A DNA stretch of 64,000 bases from Macrostomum lignano (lineage: Eukaryota): the NCBI GenBank assembly GCA_002269645.1, contig NIVC01001532.1:142384-206383 (forward strand), written 5' to 3'. Both the position numbers and the translations under genes were made by a program. The notes below the pieces were generated by a model. That model ran no database searches, had not been told where the DNA came from, and saw only the letters and a program-made list of their open reading frames with translations. Shown in pieces: positions 13,250 to 26,000 of this stretch (position 1 is its first letter; each line of letters begins with the position of its first letter).

Positions 13250-13870
13250 TATATAGATTCCCCATCTCCCCTATACTAGATCCCCCATCTCCCCTATACT
13301 AGATTCCCAATCTCCCTTATACTAGATTCCCCATCTCCCGTATACTAGATCCCCCATCTCCCCTATACTAGATTCCCCATCTCCCCTATACTAGATTCCC
13401 CATCTCCCTTATACTAGATTCCCCATCTCCCTATACTAGATTCCCCATCTCCCCTATACTAGATTCCCCCATCTCCCCTATACTAGATTCCCCAGCTCCC
13501 CTTATACTACAGTAACCATCTCCCCTATACTACATTCCCCATCTCCTCTATACTAGATTCTACTTCTCCCCTATACTAGATTCCCCATCTCCCCTATACT
13601 AGATTCCCCATCTCCCCTATACTAGATTCCCCATCTCCTCTATACTAGATTCCCTACCTCCCCTATACTAGATTCCCCATCTCCCCAATACTAGATTCCC
13701 CACCTCCCCTATACTAGATTCCCCATCGCCCCCTATACTAGATTCCCCAGCTCTCCTATACTAAATTCCCCATCACCCCTTATACTAGATTCCCTACCTC
13801 CCCTATACTAGATTCCCCATCTCCCCAATACTATAGATTCCCCACCTCCCCTATACTAGATTCCCCATCT
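13250..13870 (-). repeat. 23-bp minisatellite, inverted copy of 8932-9432 (CTCCCCTATACTAGATTCCCCAT)
   Basis: Unit is the reverse complement of the 8932-9432 unit. Confidence 0.92.
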
Positions 13871-14042
13871 CAATACCAATGTCACGGAGATTCAAACAGG
13901 CTTCCAGATTGAAACTTTCCCATGGATACAGAATAAAAAAATATTTTTAAAAATCCGATGCGAGTTTTAATCCCTTGCCTAGCCACTGAGTGCGTTTGCC
14001 ACTTTTTTGTCACTAGCCAAGGTGGCACTACTTTGCTCAGGA

Positions 14043-14180
14043 AATCTGCTTCGAGAAGAGAAAAAAATCGTATAAAAAGTACAAATTAAAGGAATCGACT
14101 CGGAGAGTGGTGGGCCCGCTCACTTCCGAAATTCGGCACGCCAATCTTATTTCATAAGCAGATGCCAGTCTGCAAAGGCA
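14043..14180 (+). repeat. Dispersed repeat, copy 1 (homologous to 29281-29442)
   Basis: Shared blocks AAATCTGCTTC.AGAAGA, CAAATTA...AATCGACT and CGCCAATCTT.TTT...AAGCAGATGC.AGTCT..AAGGCA. Confidence 0.6.
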
Positions 14181-14334
14181 AATATAAATTTAACTCGCAT
14201 ACTGTGTGGCTGACAGCCGCCTTGTTATATTCGAATGTCTTTTTTGTAGTCCTGCCGTACAGAGGGTGATGCGTAACCTCAGACTGCATGCCTGCATCCA
14301 CAGGGTATCCTGGATTTGCACTTTTGTCTACCTC

Positions 14335-15585
14335 CCTGGTTCTCCCTCTACCTCAATACCTCCCCTCTTTCCACCGCCCCCTCCCCTCACTCTCCCTCTA
14401 ACTCCCCCACTCACTCTCACTCTTACTCTCACTCTCACTCTCCCTCTCACTCTCTCACTCTCCTCCCTCTCCCTCTTCCTCTTCCTCTCCATCTCCCTCT
14501 CTCTCTCCCTCTCTCTCCCTCTCCCTCTCTCTCCCTCTCCCTCTCTCTCTCTCCTCTCTCTCCCTCTCCCCTCTCTCTCTCCCTCTCTTTCTCTCTCCTC
14601 TCTCTCCCTCTCTCTCCTCTCTCTCCCTCTCCCTCTCTCTCCCTCTCCCTCTCTCTCTCCTCTCTCTCCCTCTCCCCTCTCTCCCTCTCCCTCTCCCTCT
14701 CTCTCCCTCTCCCCCTCTCTCCCTCTCCTCTCTCTCCCTCTCCCCCTCTCTCCTCTCCCTCTCTTTCTCTCTCCTCTCTCTCCCTCTCCCCCTCTCTCCC
14801 TCTCCCTCTCTTTCTCTCTCCTCTCTCTCCCTCTCCCCCTCTCTCCTCTCCTCTCTCTCCCTCTCCCCCTCTCTCTCTCCTCTCTCCCTCTCCTTCTCTT
14901 TCTCTCTCCTCTCTCTCCCTCTCCCCCTCTCTCCCTCTCCTCTCTCTCCTCTCTCTCCTCTCCCCCTCTCTCCTCTCCCTCTCTTTCTCTCTCCTCTCTC
15001 TCCCTCTCCCCTCTCTCCCTCTCCTCTCTCTCCCTCTCCCCCTCTCTCCCTCTCCTCTCTCTCCCTCTCCTTCTCTTTCTCTCTCCTCTCTCTCCCTCTC
15101 CCCCTCTCTCCCTCTCCCTCTCCCTCTCTCTCCCTATCCCCCTCTCTCTCTCTCCCTCTCCCCCTCTCTCCCTCTCCCTCTCTTTCTCTCTCCTCTCTCT
15201 CCCTCTCCCCCTCTCTCCCTCTCCTCTCTCTCCCTCTCCCCCTCTCTCCCTCTCCTCTCTCTCCCTCTCCTTCTCTTTCTCTCTCCTCTCTCTCCCTCTC
15301 CCCCTCTCTCCCTCTCCTCTCTCTCCTCTCTCTCCCTCTCCCCCTCTCTCCCTCTCCCTCTCTTTCTCTCTCCTCTCTCTCCCTCTCCCCCTCTCTCCCT
15401 CTCCTCTCTCTCCCTCTCCCCCTCTCTCCCTCTCCTCTCTCTCCCTCTCCCCCTCTCTCCCTCTCCTCTCTCTCCCTCTCCCTCTCTTTCTCTCTCCTCT
15501 CTCTCCCTCTCCCCCTCTCTCCCTCTCCTCTCTCTCCCTCTCCCCCTCTCTCCCTCTCCTCTCTCTCCCTCTACCCCTCTCTCCA
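14335..15585. repeat. CT-rich polypyrimidine/polypurine low-complexity array
   Basis: Directly visible. A smaller block lies at 16160-16440. Confidence 0.95.
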
Positions 15586-16049
15586 AGCCTTTTATTGCTC
15601 CTTTCTTAGAAATTTTTTTATTCTCATCGCTAGCCCAAGCACAGCTTTTGTATATTCTCAGCATTTATTCTGCATCAACATTTCTATTGTTTCTTGACAC
15701 CCTGTACTTTTTTATTACTCTTTACTTTTACTCTTTGAGGGCCTTTTTCACCTTTTTTATTTATTGAGGTCCATTTTGTAAAGTGCTTAGTATCACTATT
15801 TCCCCTTTTTGGACACCGGTGCAGTTGCACCACTCCATTATTTATTTCGTGTGTAGGATCGCTGCAGCCCACGTGCGGTTCACTTTATTTGTGCACTGTT
15901 TTTTATTTTGCATTTTCAACTCTAATAGTGTTTTATCGACTCACACCAAGTGTACATACCGTACGCTCTCTATCTACCTGTCTACTCTCTCTCCCCTCTA
16001 ACCCGCCTATTTAATAACTTTTACAACACCACTTGTCGCTACTTTTCAC

Positions 16050-16090
16050 TTGCCCTGACGAAGAATTTACCTAATTCGAAATATCGGCAA
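16050..16090 (+). ncRNA. Minimal type I hammerhead ribozyme motif (orphan)
   Basis: TTGCC-CTGACGA-A-GAATT-TACCT-AATTC-GAAA-TA-TC-GGCAA. Perfect 5-bp stem I (TTGCC/GGCAA), CUGANGA and GAAA core, 5-bp stem II, palindromic ATAT in place of stem III. Predicted AUC cleavage after 16085. Confidence 0.75.
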
Positions 16091-16989
16091 CTTAAATCAA
16101 CTTGACTTGTTTGTCCTTTTTACATGTACCGCGTCCGTGCCTGAGATTGGAGGCGCCCTCCTCTCTCTCTCTTTCCCTCTCTCCCCCTCTCTCCCTCTCC
16201 TCTCTCCCTCTCCTCTCTCTCCCTCTCCTCTCTCTCCCTCTCCCCTCTCTCCCTCTCCCTCTCCCCCTCTCCTCTCCTCTCTCTCCCTCTACCCCTCTCT
16301 CCCTCTCCCCCTCTCTCCCTCTCCCCCTCTCTCCCTCTCCTCTCTCTCCCTCTACCCCTCTCTCCCTCTCCCCCTCTCTCCCTCTCCCTATCCTGTCTCT
16401 CTCTTGCTTTTTTTCTCCCTCTCCCTCTCTCCCTCAACCCCTTCCTGCTGCACAGCTGGACCATTCAATTCCATTCTCCCGCATTATGCAACATCGGCGC
16501 TCTGGTTGCCAAAGTGAGGGACGATGATGGCCGCTTACACCAAGGAAGGGGCCATCTGGGAGCAGCTCTGCCACACGCAAACGGAACCAGCCACTTGAAT
16601 AATGTTTTTTCGACTCTCGATATATATTCTCAAGAATTGTTTTCATGTGCATGCTTTCAAAACCATATTTTGTCATCTCTATCAGTGCTTGATTACTACT
16701 GCACTTTTATCTGATATTTTAAACTTTATGTATGTTTTGAGCTTACACTCGCACTTTTTCTATCCGCTTGAATGCAGCTCTCACTCTCAACTCCTCTCCA
16801 TCTCAATGTTTTTGCATAGATCATGCAAATACGTTGTCAGCTTCTCAAAATTTTATTTTTACTTGTTTTTGCCCGGGGGGGGGTAGAAATTGTATTTATC
16901 AAAATACCGGCAAACCCTATTTCTGCCACCTTTCTCTGTCCTTTTGCTTTTACCTTGTCAGCGCGTTCGGGATTGGATATCTTAACCTC

Positions 16990-18005
16990 TCACCCTCTCC
17001 TCCTCTCTCCCTCTCCCTCTCCTTCTCTCCCTCTCCCTCTCCTTCTCTCCCTCTCCCTCTCCTTCTCTCCCTCTCCCTCTCCTTCTCTCCCTCTCCCTCT
17101 CCTTCTCTCCCTCTCTCCCTCTCCCTCTCTCCCTCTCCTCTCCTTCTCTCCCTCTCCTCTCCTTCTCTCCCTCTCCCTCTCCTTCTCTCCCTCTCCCTCT
17201 CCTTCTCTCCCTCTCTCCTCTCCTTCTCTCCCTCTCCCTCTCCTTCTCTCCCTCTCCCTCTCCTTCTCTCCCTCTCCCTCTCCTTCTCTCCCTCTCCCTC
17301 TCCTTCTCTCCCTCTCCCTCTCCCTCTCCTTTTCTCCCTCTCCCTCTCCCTCTCCTTCTCTCCCTCTCCCTTCCCTCTCCTTTTCTCCCTCTCCCTCTCC
17401 CTCTCCTTCTCTCTTTCTCCCTCTCCCTCTCCTTCTCTCCCTCTGACCCTCTCCCTCTCCTTCTCCCTCTCCTTCTCCCCTCCCTCTCCTTCTCTCCCTC
17501 TCCCTCTCCTTCTCTCCCTCTCCCTCTCCTTCTCTCCCCTCTCCCTCTCCTTCTCTCCCTCTCCCTCTCCTTCTCTCCCTCTCCCTCTCCTTCTCTCCCT
17601 CTCCCTCTCCTTCTCTCCCTCTCCCTCTCCTTCTCTCCCTCTCCCTCTCCTTCTCTCCCTCTCCCTCTCCTTCTCTCCCTCTCCCTCTCCTTCTCTCCCT
17701 CTCCCTCTCCTTCTCTCCCTCTCCCTCTCCTTCTCTCCCTCTCCCTCTCCTTCTCTCCCTCTCCCTCTCCTTCTCTCCCTCTCCCTCTCCCTCTCCTTTT
17801 CTCCCTCTCCCTCTCCCTCTCCTTCTCTCCCTCTCCCTCTCCTTCTCTCCCTCTCCCTCTCCCTCTCCTTCTTCTCCCTCTCCCTCTCCCTCTCCCTTCT
17901 CTCCCTCTCCTCTCCTCTCCCTCTCCCTCTCCCTCTCCCTTTCCCTCTCCTTTTCTCCCTCTCCCTCTCCCTCTCCTTCTCTCCCTCTTCATCTCTCCCT
18001 CTCTC
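16990..18005. repeat. CT-rich array (CTCTCCCTCTCCTTCT-type units)
   Basis: Directly visible. Confidence 0.95.
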
Positions 18006-18329
18006 CCATATTATTCGATAAAATCCCATCATGTGATCTGCTGTTCACTATCTATCTTACCTAAAAGAGACCCTGCTCAGAGAAGAAAATCAGCAGAGAA
18101 ACCAAAATGTCACGGATAGAAAAGCAGGATTAAGTATCAATACTTTCATTCTAGTGAAGACATCGGTCCACCGAATGTCTTTTTCTACAGATTCCATTAG
18201 TCTGTGACAGATGAAATCCTGGCTGTGCTCACCCAGCTGCCAATTAAATGTTAAAAGCTGTTCTTTTTTTGGAACAACGATATTCAGCTTTACTAACAGG
18301 CAAATATTGAGTGCATAGTCTAGTTAGCT

Positions 18330-21300
18330 CAAGCCTCACTGACACACCAGCCTCATTGACACACCAGCCTCACTGACACACCCAGCCTCACTGACACACC
18401 AGCCTCACTGACACACCAGCCTCACTGACACACCAGCCTCACTGACACACCAGCCTCACTGACACACCCAGCGTCACTGACACACCAGCCTCACTGACAC
18501 ACCCAGCCTCACTGACACACCCAGCCTCACTGACACACCCAGCCTCACTGACACACCCAGCCGCACTGACACCAGCCTCACTGACACACCCAGCCTCACT
18601 GACACACCCAGCCACACTGACACACCAGCCTCACTGACACACCAGCCTCACTGACACACCCAGCCTCACTGACACACCAGCCTCACTGACACACCAGCCT
18701 CACTGACACCAGCCTCACTGACACACCAGCCTCACTGACACCAGCCTCACTGACACACCCAGCCTCACTGACACACCAGCCTCACTGACACACCCAGCCT
18801 CACTGACAGCAGCCTCACTGACACACCCAGCCTCACTGGCACACCAGCCACACTGACACACCAGCCTCACTGACACACCAGCCTCACTGACACACCCAGC
18901 CTCACTGACACACCAGCCTCACTGACACACCCAGCGTCACTGACACACCAGCCTCACTGACACACCCAGCCTCACTGACACACCCAGCCTCACTGACACA
19001 CCCAGCCTCACTGACACACCCAGCCGCACTGACACCAGCCTCACTGACACACCCAGCCTCACTGACACACCCAGCCACACTGACACACCAGCCTCACTGA
19101 CACACCAGCCTCACTGACACCAGCCTCACTGACACACCAGCCTCACTGACACCAGCCTCACTGACACACCCAGCCTCACTGACACACCAGCCTCACTGAC
19201 ACACCCAGCCTCACTGACAGCAGCCTCACTGACACACCCAGCCTCACTGGCACACCAGCCTCACTGACACACCCAGCCTCACTGACACACCAGCCTCACT
19301 GACACACCAGCCTCACTGACACACCAGCCTCACTGACACACCCAGCCTCACTGACACCAGCCTCACTGACACACCAGCCTCACTGACACACCCAGCCTCA
19401 CTGACACCAGCCTCACTGACACACCAGCCTCACTGACACCAGCCTCACTGACACACCCAGCCTCACTGACACACCCAGCCTCACTGACACCAGCCTCACT
19501 GACACACCAGCCTCACTAACACACCAGCCTCACTGACACACCCAGCCTCACTGACACACCAGCCTCACTGACACACCCAGCCTCACTGACACACCAGCCT
19601 CACTGACACACCCAGCCTCACTGACACACCCAGCCTCACTGACACACCCAGCCTCACTGACACACCAGCCTCACTGACACACCAGCCTCACTGACACCAG
19701 CCTCACTGACACACCCAGCCTCACTGACACACCAGCCTCACTGACACACCAGCCTCACTGACACACCAGCCTCACTGACACACCAGCCTCACTGACACAC
19801 CAGCCTCACTGACACACCCAGCGTCACTGACACACCAGCCTCACTGACACACCCAGCCTCACTGACACACCAGCCTCACTGACACACCCAGCCTCACTGA
19901 CACACCCAGCCTCACTGACACACCAGCCTCACTGACACACCAGCCTCACTGACACCAGCCTCACTGACACACCCAGCCTCACTGACACACCAGCCTCACT
20001 GACACACCAGCCTCACTGACACACCAGCCTCACTGACACACCAGCCTCACTGACACCAGCCTCACTGACACACCCAGCCTCACTGACACACCAGCCTCAC
20101 TGACACACCCAGCCTCACTGACACACCAGCCTCACTGACACACCCAGCCTCACTGACACACCCAGCCTCACTGACACACCCAGCCTCACTGACACACCCA
20201 GCCTCACTGACACACCAGCCTCACTGACACACCCAGCCTCACTGACACACCAGCCTCACTGACACACCCAGCCTCACTGACACACCAGCCTCACTGACAC
20301 ACCCAGCCTCACTGACACACCCAGCCTCACTGACACACCCAGCCTCACTGACACACCAGCCTCACTGACACACCAGCCTCACTGACACCAGCCTCACTGA
20401 CACACCCAGCCTCACTGACACACCAGCCTCACTGACACACCCAGCCTCACTGACACCAGCCTCACTGACACACCAGCCTCACTGACACACCCAGCCTCAC
20501 TGACACCAGCCTCACTGACACACCAGCCTCACTGACACCAGCCTCACTGACACACCCAGCCTCACTGACACACCCAGCCTCACTGACACCAGCCTCACTG
20601 ACACACCCAGCCTCACTAACACACCAGCCTCACTGACACACCCAGCCTCACTGACACACCAGCCTCACTGACACACCCAGCCTCACTGACACACCAGCCT
20701 CACTGACACACCCAGCCTCACTGACACACCCAGCCTCACTGACACACCCAGCCTCACTGACACACCAGCCTCACTGACACACCAGCCTCACTGACACCAG
20801 CCTCACTGACACACCCAGCCTCACTGACACACCAGCCTCACTGACACACCAGCCTCACTGACACACCAGCCTCACTGACACACCAGCCTCACTGACACCA
20901 GCCTCACTGACACACCCAGCCTCACTGACACACCAGCCTCACTGACACACCCAGCCTCACTGACACACCAGCCTCACTGACACACCCAGCCTCACTGACA
21001 CACCCAGCCTCACTGACACACCCAGCCTCACTGACACACCCAGCCTCACTGACACACCAGCCTCACTGACACACCCAGCCTCACTGACACACCAGCCTCA
21101 CTGACACACCCAGCCTCACTGACACACCAGCCTCACTGACACACCCAGCCTCACTGACACACCCAGCCTCACTGACACACCCAGCCTCACTGACACACCA
21201 GCCTCACTGACACACCAGCCTCACTGACACCAGCCTCACTGACACACCCAGCCTCACTGACACACCAGCTTCACTGACACACCAGCCTCACTGACACACC

Positions 21301-22660
21301 AGCCTCACTGACACACCAGCCTCACTGACACCAGCCTCACTGACACACCAGCCTCACTGACACACCCAGCCTCACTGACACACCCAGCCTCACTGACACA
21401 CCAGCCTCACTGACACACCCAGCCTCACTGACACACCAGCCTCACTGACACACCCAGCCTCACTGACACCAGCCTCACTGACACACCAGCCTCACTGACA
21501 CACCCAGCCTCACTGACACACCCAGCCTCACTGACACACCAGCCTCACTGACACACCAGCCTCACTGACACACCAGCCTCACTGACACACCAGCCTCACT
21601 GACACACCCAGCCTCACTGACTCACCCAGCCTCACTGACACACCAGCCTCACTGACACACCAGCCTCACTGACACCAGCCTCACTGACACACCAGCCTCA
21701 CTGACACACCAGCCTCACTGACACACCCAGCCTCACTGACACACCAGCCTCACTGACACACCAGCCTCACTGACACACCAGCCTCACTGACACACCAGCC
21801 TCACTGACACACCCAGCCTCACTGACACACCAGCCTCACTGACACACCAGCCTCACTGACACACCAGCCTCACTGACACACCAGCCTCACTGACACACCA
21901 GCCTCACTGACACACCAGCCTCACTGACACACCAGCCTCACTGACACACCCAGCCTCACTGACACCAGCCTCACTGACACACCAGCCTCACTGACACCAG
22001 CCTCACTGACACACCCAGCCTCACTGACACCAGCCTCACTGACACACCCAGCCTCACTGACACACCAGCCTCACTGACACACCAGCCTCACTGACACACC
22101 TGCCTCACTGACACACCAGCCTCACTGACACACCAGCCTCACTGACACACCAGCCTCACTGACACACCAGCCTCACTGACACACCAGCCTCACTGACACA
22201 CCAGCCTCACTGACACACCCAGCCTCACTGACACACCAGCCTCACTGACACACCAGCCTCACTGACACACCAGCCTCACTGACACACCAGCCTCACTGAC
22301 ACACCAGCCTCACTGACACACCAGCCTCACTGACACACCCAGCCTCACTGACACACCAGCCTCACTGACACACCAGCCTCACTGACACACCAGCCTCACT
22401 GACACACCAGCCTCACTGACACACCAGCCTCACTGACACACCCAGCCTCACTGACACACCAGCCTCACTGACACACCAGCCTCACTGACACACCAGCCTC
22501 ACTGACACACCAGCCTCACTGACACACCAGCCTCACTGACACACCAGCCTCACTGACACACCCAGCCTCACTGACACACCCAGCCTCACTGACACACCAG
22601 CCTCACTGACACACCAGCCTCACTGACACACCAGCCTCACTGACACACTAGCCCCCCACT
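18330..22660. repeat. 4.3-kb minisatellite of 15/17/18-bp units (CAGCCTCACTGACAC[AC][C])
   Basis: Continuous array with length variants and recurring rare variants. Confidence 0.97.
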
Positions 22661-23049
22661 GACACGTAGATGGTAGAGGAGACAGTTAAGGTGAATATTC
22701 GCGGACCCTAAGACAGCTTCTTCCGCCTGCATGTTTTCCATGGATTTAAAATTGATTTTTGATTAAATCTTTGCGTCACTGAAAGTTGGCAAGGGAAAGA
22801 TAGCCCCCATAAAGATGCTGCTACCTGAGCCCTCTCCTCTACCGCCTTCTGCCCGCATTCTTCATCATCCTTTTACCCTCCATTTCTCCTCAATCAATTC
22901 TCCTCCTTCTTTCAGAGCCCCTGCACGCAAGGCAGGAAAAGGCCAATTTTCTTTATTATTCCTTTCCTGCGAAAGCGCTGACTGTTTATTGAGTCTGGCT
23001 GTCTGCATGCGACTCTCGGCTGCAGAATTCTCTCCAGTATGTTTCCGGG

Positions 23050-26000
23050 GGCGATTCTTTACTGGCGATTCTTTACTGGGGTGATTCTTTACTGGGGCGA
23101 TTCTTTACTGGCGATTCTTTACTGGGGCGATTCTTTACTGGGGCGATTATTTACTGGGGCGATTCTTTACTGGGGTGATTCTTTACTGGGGCGATTCTTT
23201 ACTAAGGCGATTCTTTACTGGGGCGATTCTTTACTGGGGTGATTCTTTACTGGGGCGATTATTTACTGGGGCGATTCTTTACTGGCGATTCTTTACTGGG
23301 GTGATTCTTTACTAGGGCGATTTTTTACTGGGGCGATTTTTTACTGGGGCGATTCTTTACTGGGGCGATTCTTTACGGGGCGATTCTTTACTGGGGCGAT
23401 TCTTTACTGGGGCGATTCTTTACTGGGGCGATTCTTTACTGGGGCGATTCTTTAGTGGGGCGATTCTTTACTGGGGCGAATTTTTACTGGGGCGATTCTT
23501 TACTGGGGCGATTCTTTACTGGGGCGATTCTTTACTGGGCCGATTCTTTACTGGGGCGATTCTTTACTAAGGCGATTCTTTACTGGGGCGATTCTTTACT
23601 GGGGCGATTCTTTACTGGGGCGATTCTTTACTGGGGCGATTCTTTACTGGGGCGATTCTTTACTGGGGCGATTCTTTACTAAGGCGATTCTTTACTGGGG
23701 CGATTCTTTACTGGGGCGATTCATTACTGGGGCGATTATTTACTGGGGCGATTCTTTACTGGGGCGATTCTTTACTGGGGCGAGTCTTTACTGGGGCGAT
23801 TCTTTACTGGGGCGATTCTTTACTAAGGCGATTCTTTACTGGGGCGATTATTTACTGGGGCGATTCTTTACTGGGGCGATTCTTTACTGGGCGATTCTTT
23901 ACTGGGCGATTCTTTACTGGGGCGATTATTTACTGGGGCGATTATTTACTGGGGCGATTCTTTACTGGGGCGATTCTTTACTAAGGCGAGTCTTTAGTGG
24001 GGCGATTCTTTACTGGGGCGATTCTTTACTGGGGCGATTATTTACTGGGGCGATTCTTTACTAGGGCGATTCTTTACTGGGGCGATTATTTACTGGGGCG
24101 ATTCTTTACTGGGGCGATTATTTACTGGGCGATTCTTTACTGAGGCGATTATTTACTGGGGCGATTCTTTACTAAGGCGATTCTTTACTGGGGCGATTAT
24201 TTACTGGGGCGATTATTTACTGGGGCGATTTTTTACTGGGGCGATTCTTTACTGGGGCGATTCTTTACTGGGGCGAGTCTTTACTGGGGCGAGTCTTTAG
24301 TGGGGCGATTCTTTACTGGGGCGAGTCTTTACTGGGGCGATTCTTTACTGGGGCGATTCTTTACTGGGGCGATTCTTTACTGGGGCGATTCTTTACTGGG
24401 GCGATTCTTTACTGGGGCGAGTCTTTAGTGGGCGATTCTTTACTGGGGCGATTGTTTACTGGGGCGATTCTTTACTGGGGCGATTATTTACTGGGGCGAT
24501 TCTTTACTGGGGCGATTCATTACTAAGGCGATTCTTTACTGGGGCGATTCTTTACTGGGGCGATTCTTTACTGGGGCGATTATTTACTGGGGCGATTCTT
24601 TACTGGGGCGATTCTTTACTGGGGCGATTCTTTACTGGGGCGATTATTTACTGGGGCGATTCTTTACTGGGGCGATTCTTTACTGGGGCGATTATTTACT
24701 GGGGCGATTCTTTACTGGGGCGATTCTTTACTGGGGCGATTATTTACTGGGGCGATTCTTTACTAAGGCGATTCTTTACTGGGGCGATTATTTACTGGGG
24801 CGATTCTTTACTGGGGCGATTTTTTACTGGGGCGATTCTTTACTGGGGCGATTCTTTACTGGGGCGAGTCTTTACTGGGGCGAGTCTTTAGTGGGGCGAT
24901 TCTTTACTGGGGCGAGTCTTTACTGGGGCGATTCTTTACTGGGGCGATTCTTTACTGGGGCGATTCTTTACTGGGGCGATTCTTTACTGGGGCGATTCTT
25001 TACTGGGGCGAGTCTTTAGTGGGCGATTCTTTACTGGGGCGATTGTTTACTGGGGCGATTCTTTACTGGGGCGATTATTTACTGGGGCGATTCTTTACTG
25101 GGGCGATTCTTTACTAAGGCGATTCTTTACTGGGGCGATTCTTTACTGGGGCGATTCTTTACTGGGGCGATTATTTACTGGGGCGATTCTTTACTGGGGC
25201 GATTCTTTACTGGGGTGATTCTTTTCTGGGGCCATTCTTTACTGGGGCGATTCTTTACTAAGGCGAGTCTTTAGTGGGGCGATTCTTTACTGGGGCGATT
25301 ATTTACTGGGGCGATTCTTTACTGGGGCGATTCTTTACTGGGGCGATTCTTTACTGGGGCGATTCTTTACTGGGGCGATTCTTTACTGGGGCGAGTCTTT
25401 ACTGGGCGATTCTTTACTGGGGCGATTATTTACTGGGGCAATTCTTTACTGGGGCGATTATTTACTGGGGCGATTATTTACTGGGGCGATTCTTTACTGG
25501 GGCGATTCTTTACTGGGGCGATTATTTACTGGGGCGATTCTTTACTGGGGCGATTCTTTACTGGGGCGATTCTTTACTGGGGCGATTCTTTACTGGGGCG
25601 ATTCTTTACTGGGGCGAGTCTTTAGTGGGCGATTCTTTACTGGGGCGATTGTTTACTGGGGCGATTCTTTACTGGGGCGAGTCTTTACTGGGGCGATTCT
25701 TTAGTGGGGCGATTCTTTACTGGGGCGAGTCTTTACTGGGGCGATTCTTTACTGGGGCGATTCTTTACTGGGGCGATTCTTTACTGGGGCGATTCTTTAC
25801 TGGGGCGATTCTTTACTGGGCGATTCTTTACTGGGGCGATTGTTTACTGGGGCGATTCTTTACTGGGGCGATTATTTACTGGGGCGATTCTTTACTGGGG
25901 CGATTCTTTACTGGGGCGATTCTTTACTAAGGCGATTCTTTACTGGGGCGATTCTTTACTGGGGCGATTATTTACTGGGGCGATTATTTACTGGGGCGAT

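Noticed and set aside
14206-18032. Leu/Ser/Pro-rich and Arg/Glu/Gly-rich ORFs
   Set aside because: CT/GA low-complexity sequence.
18156-18185. Hairpin AAGACATCGG-TCCA-CCGAATGTCTT
   Set aside because: An isolated stem-loop without supporting context.
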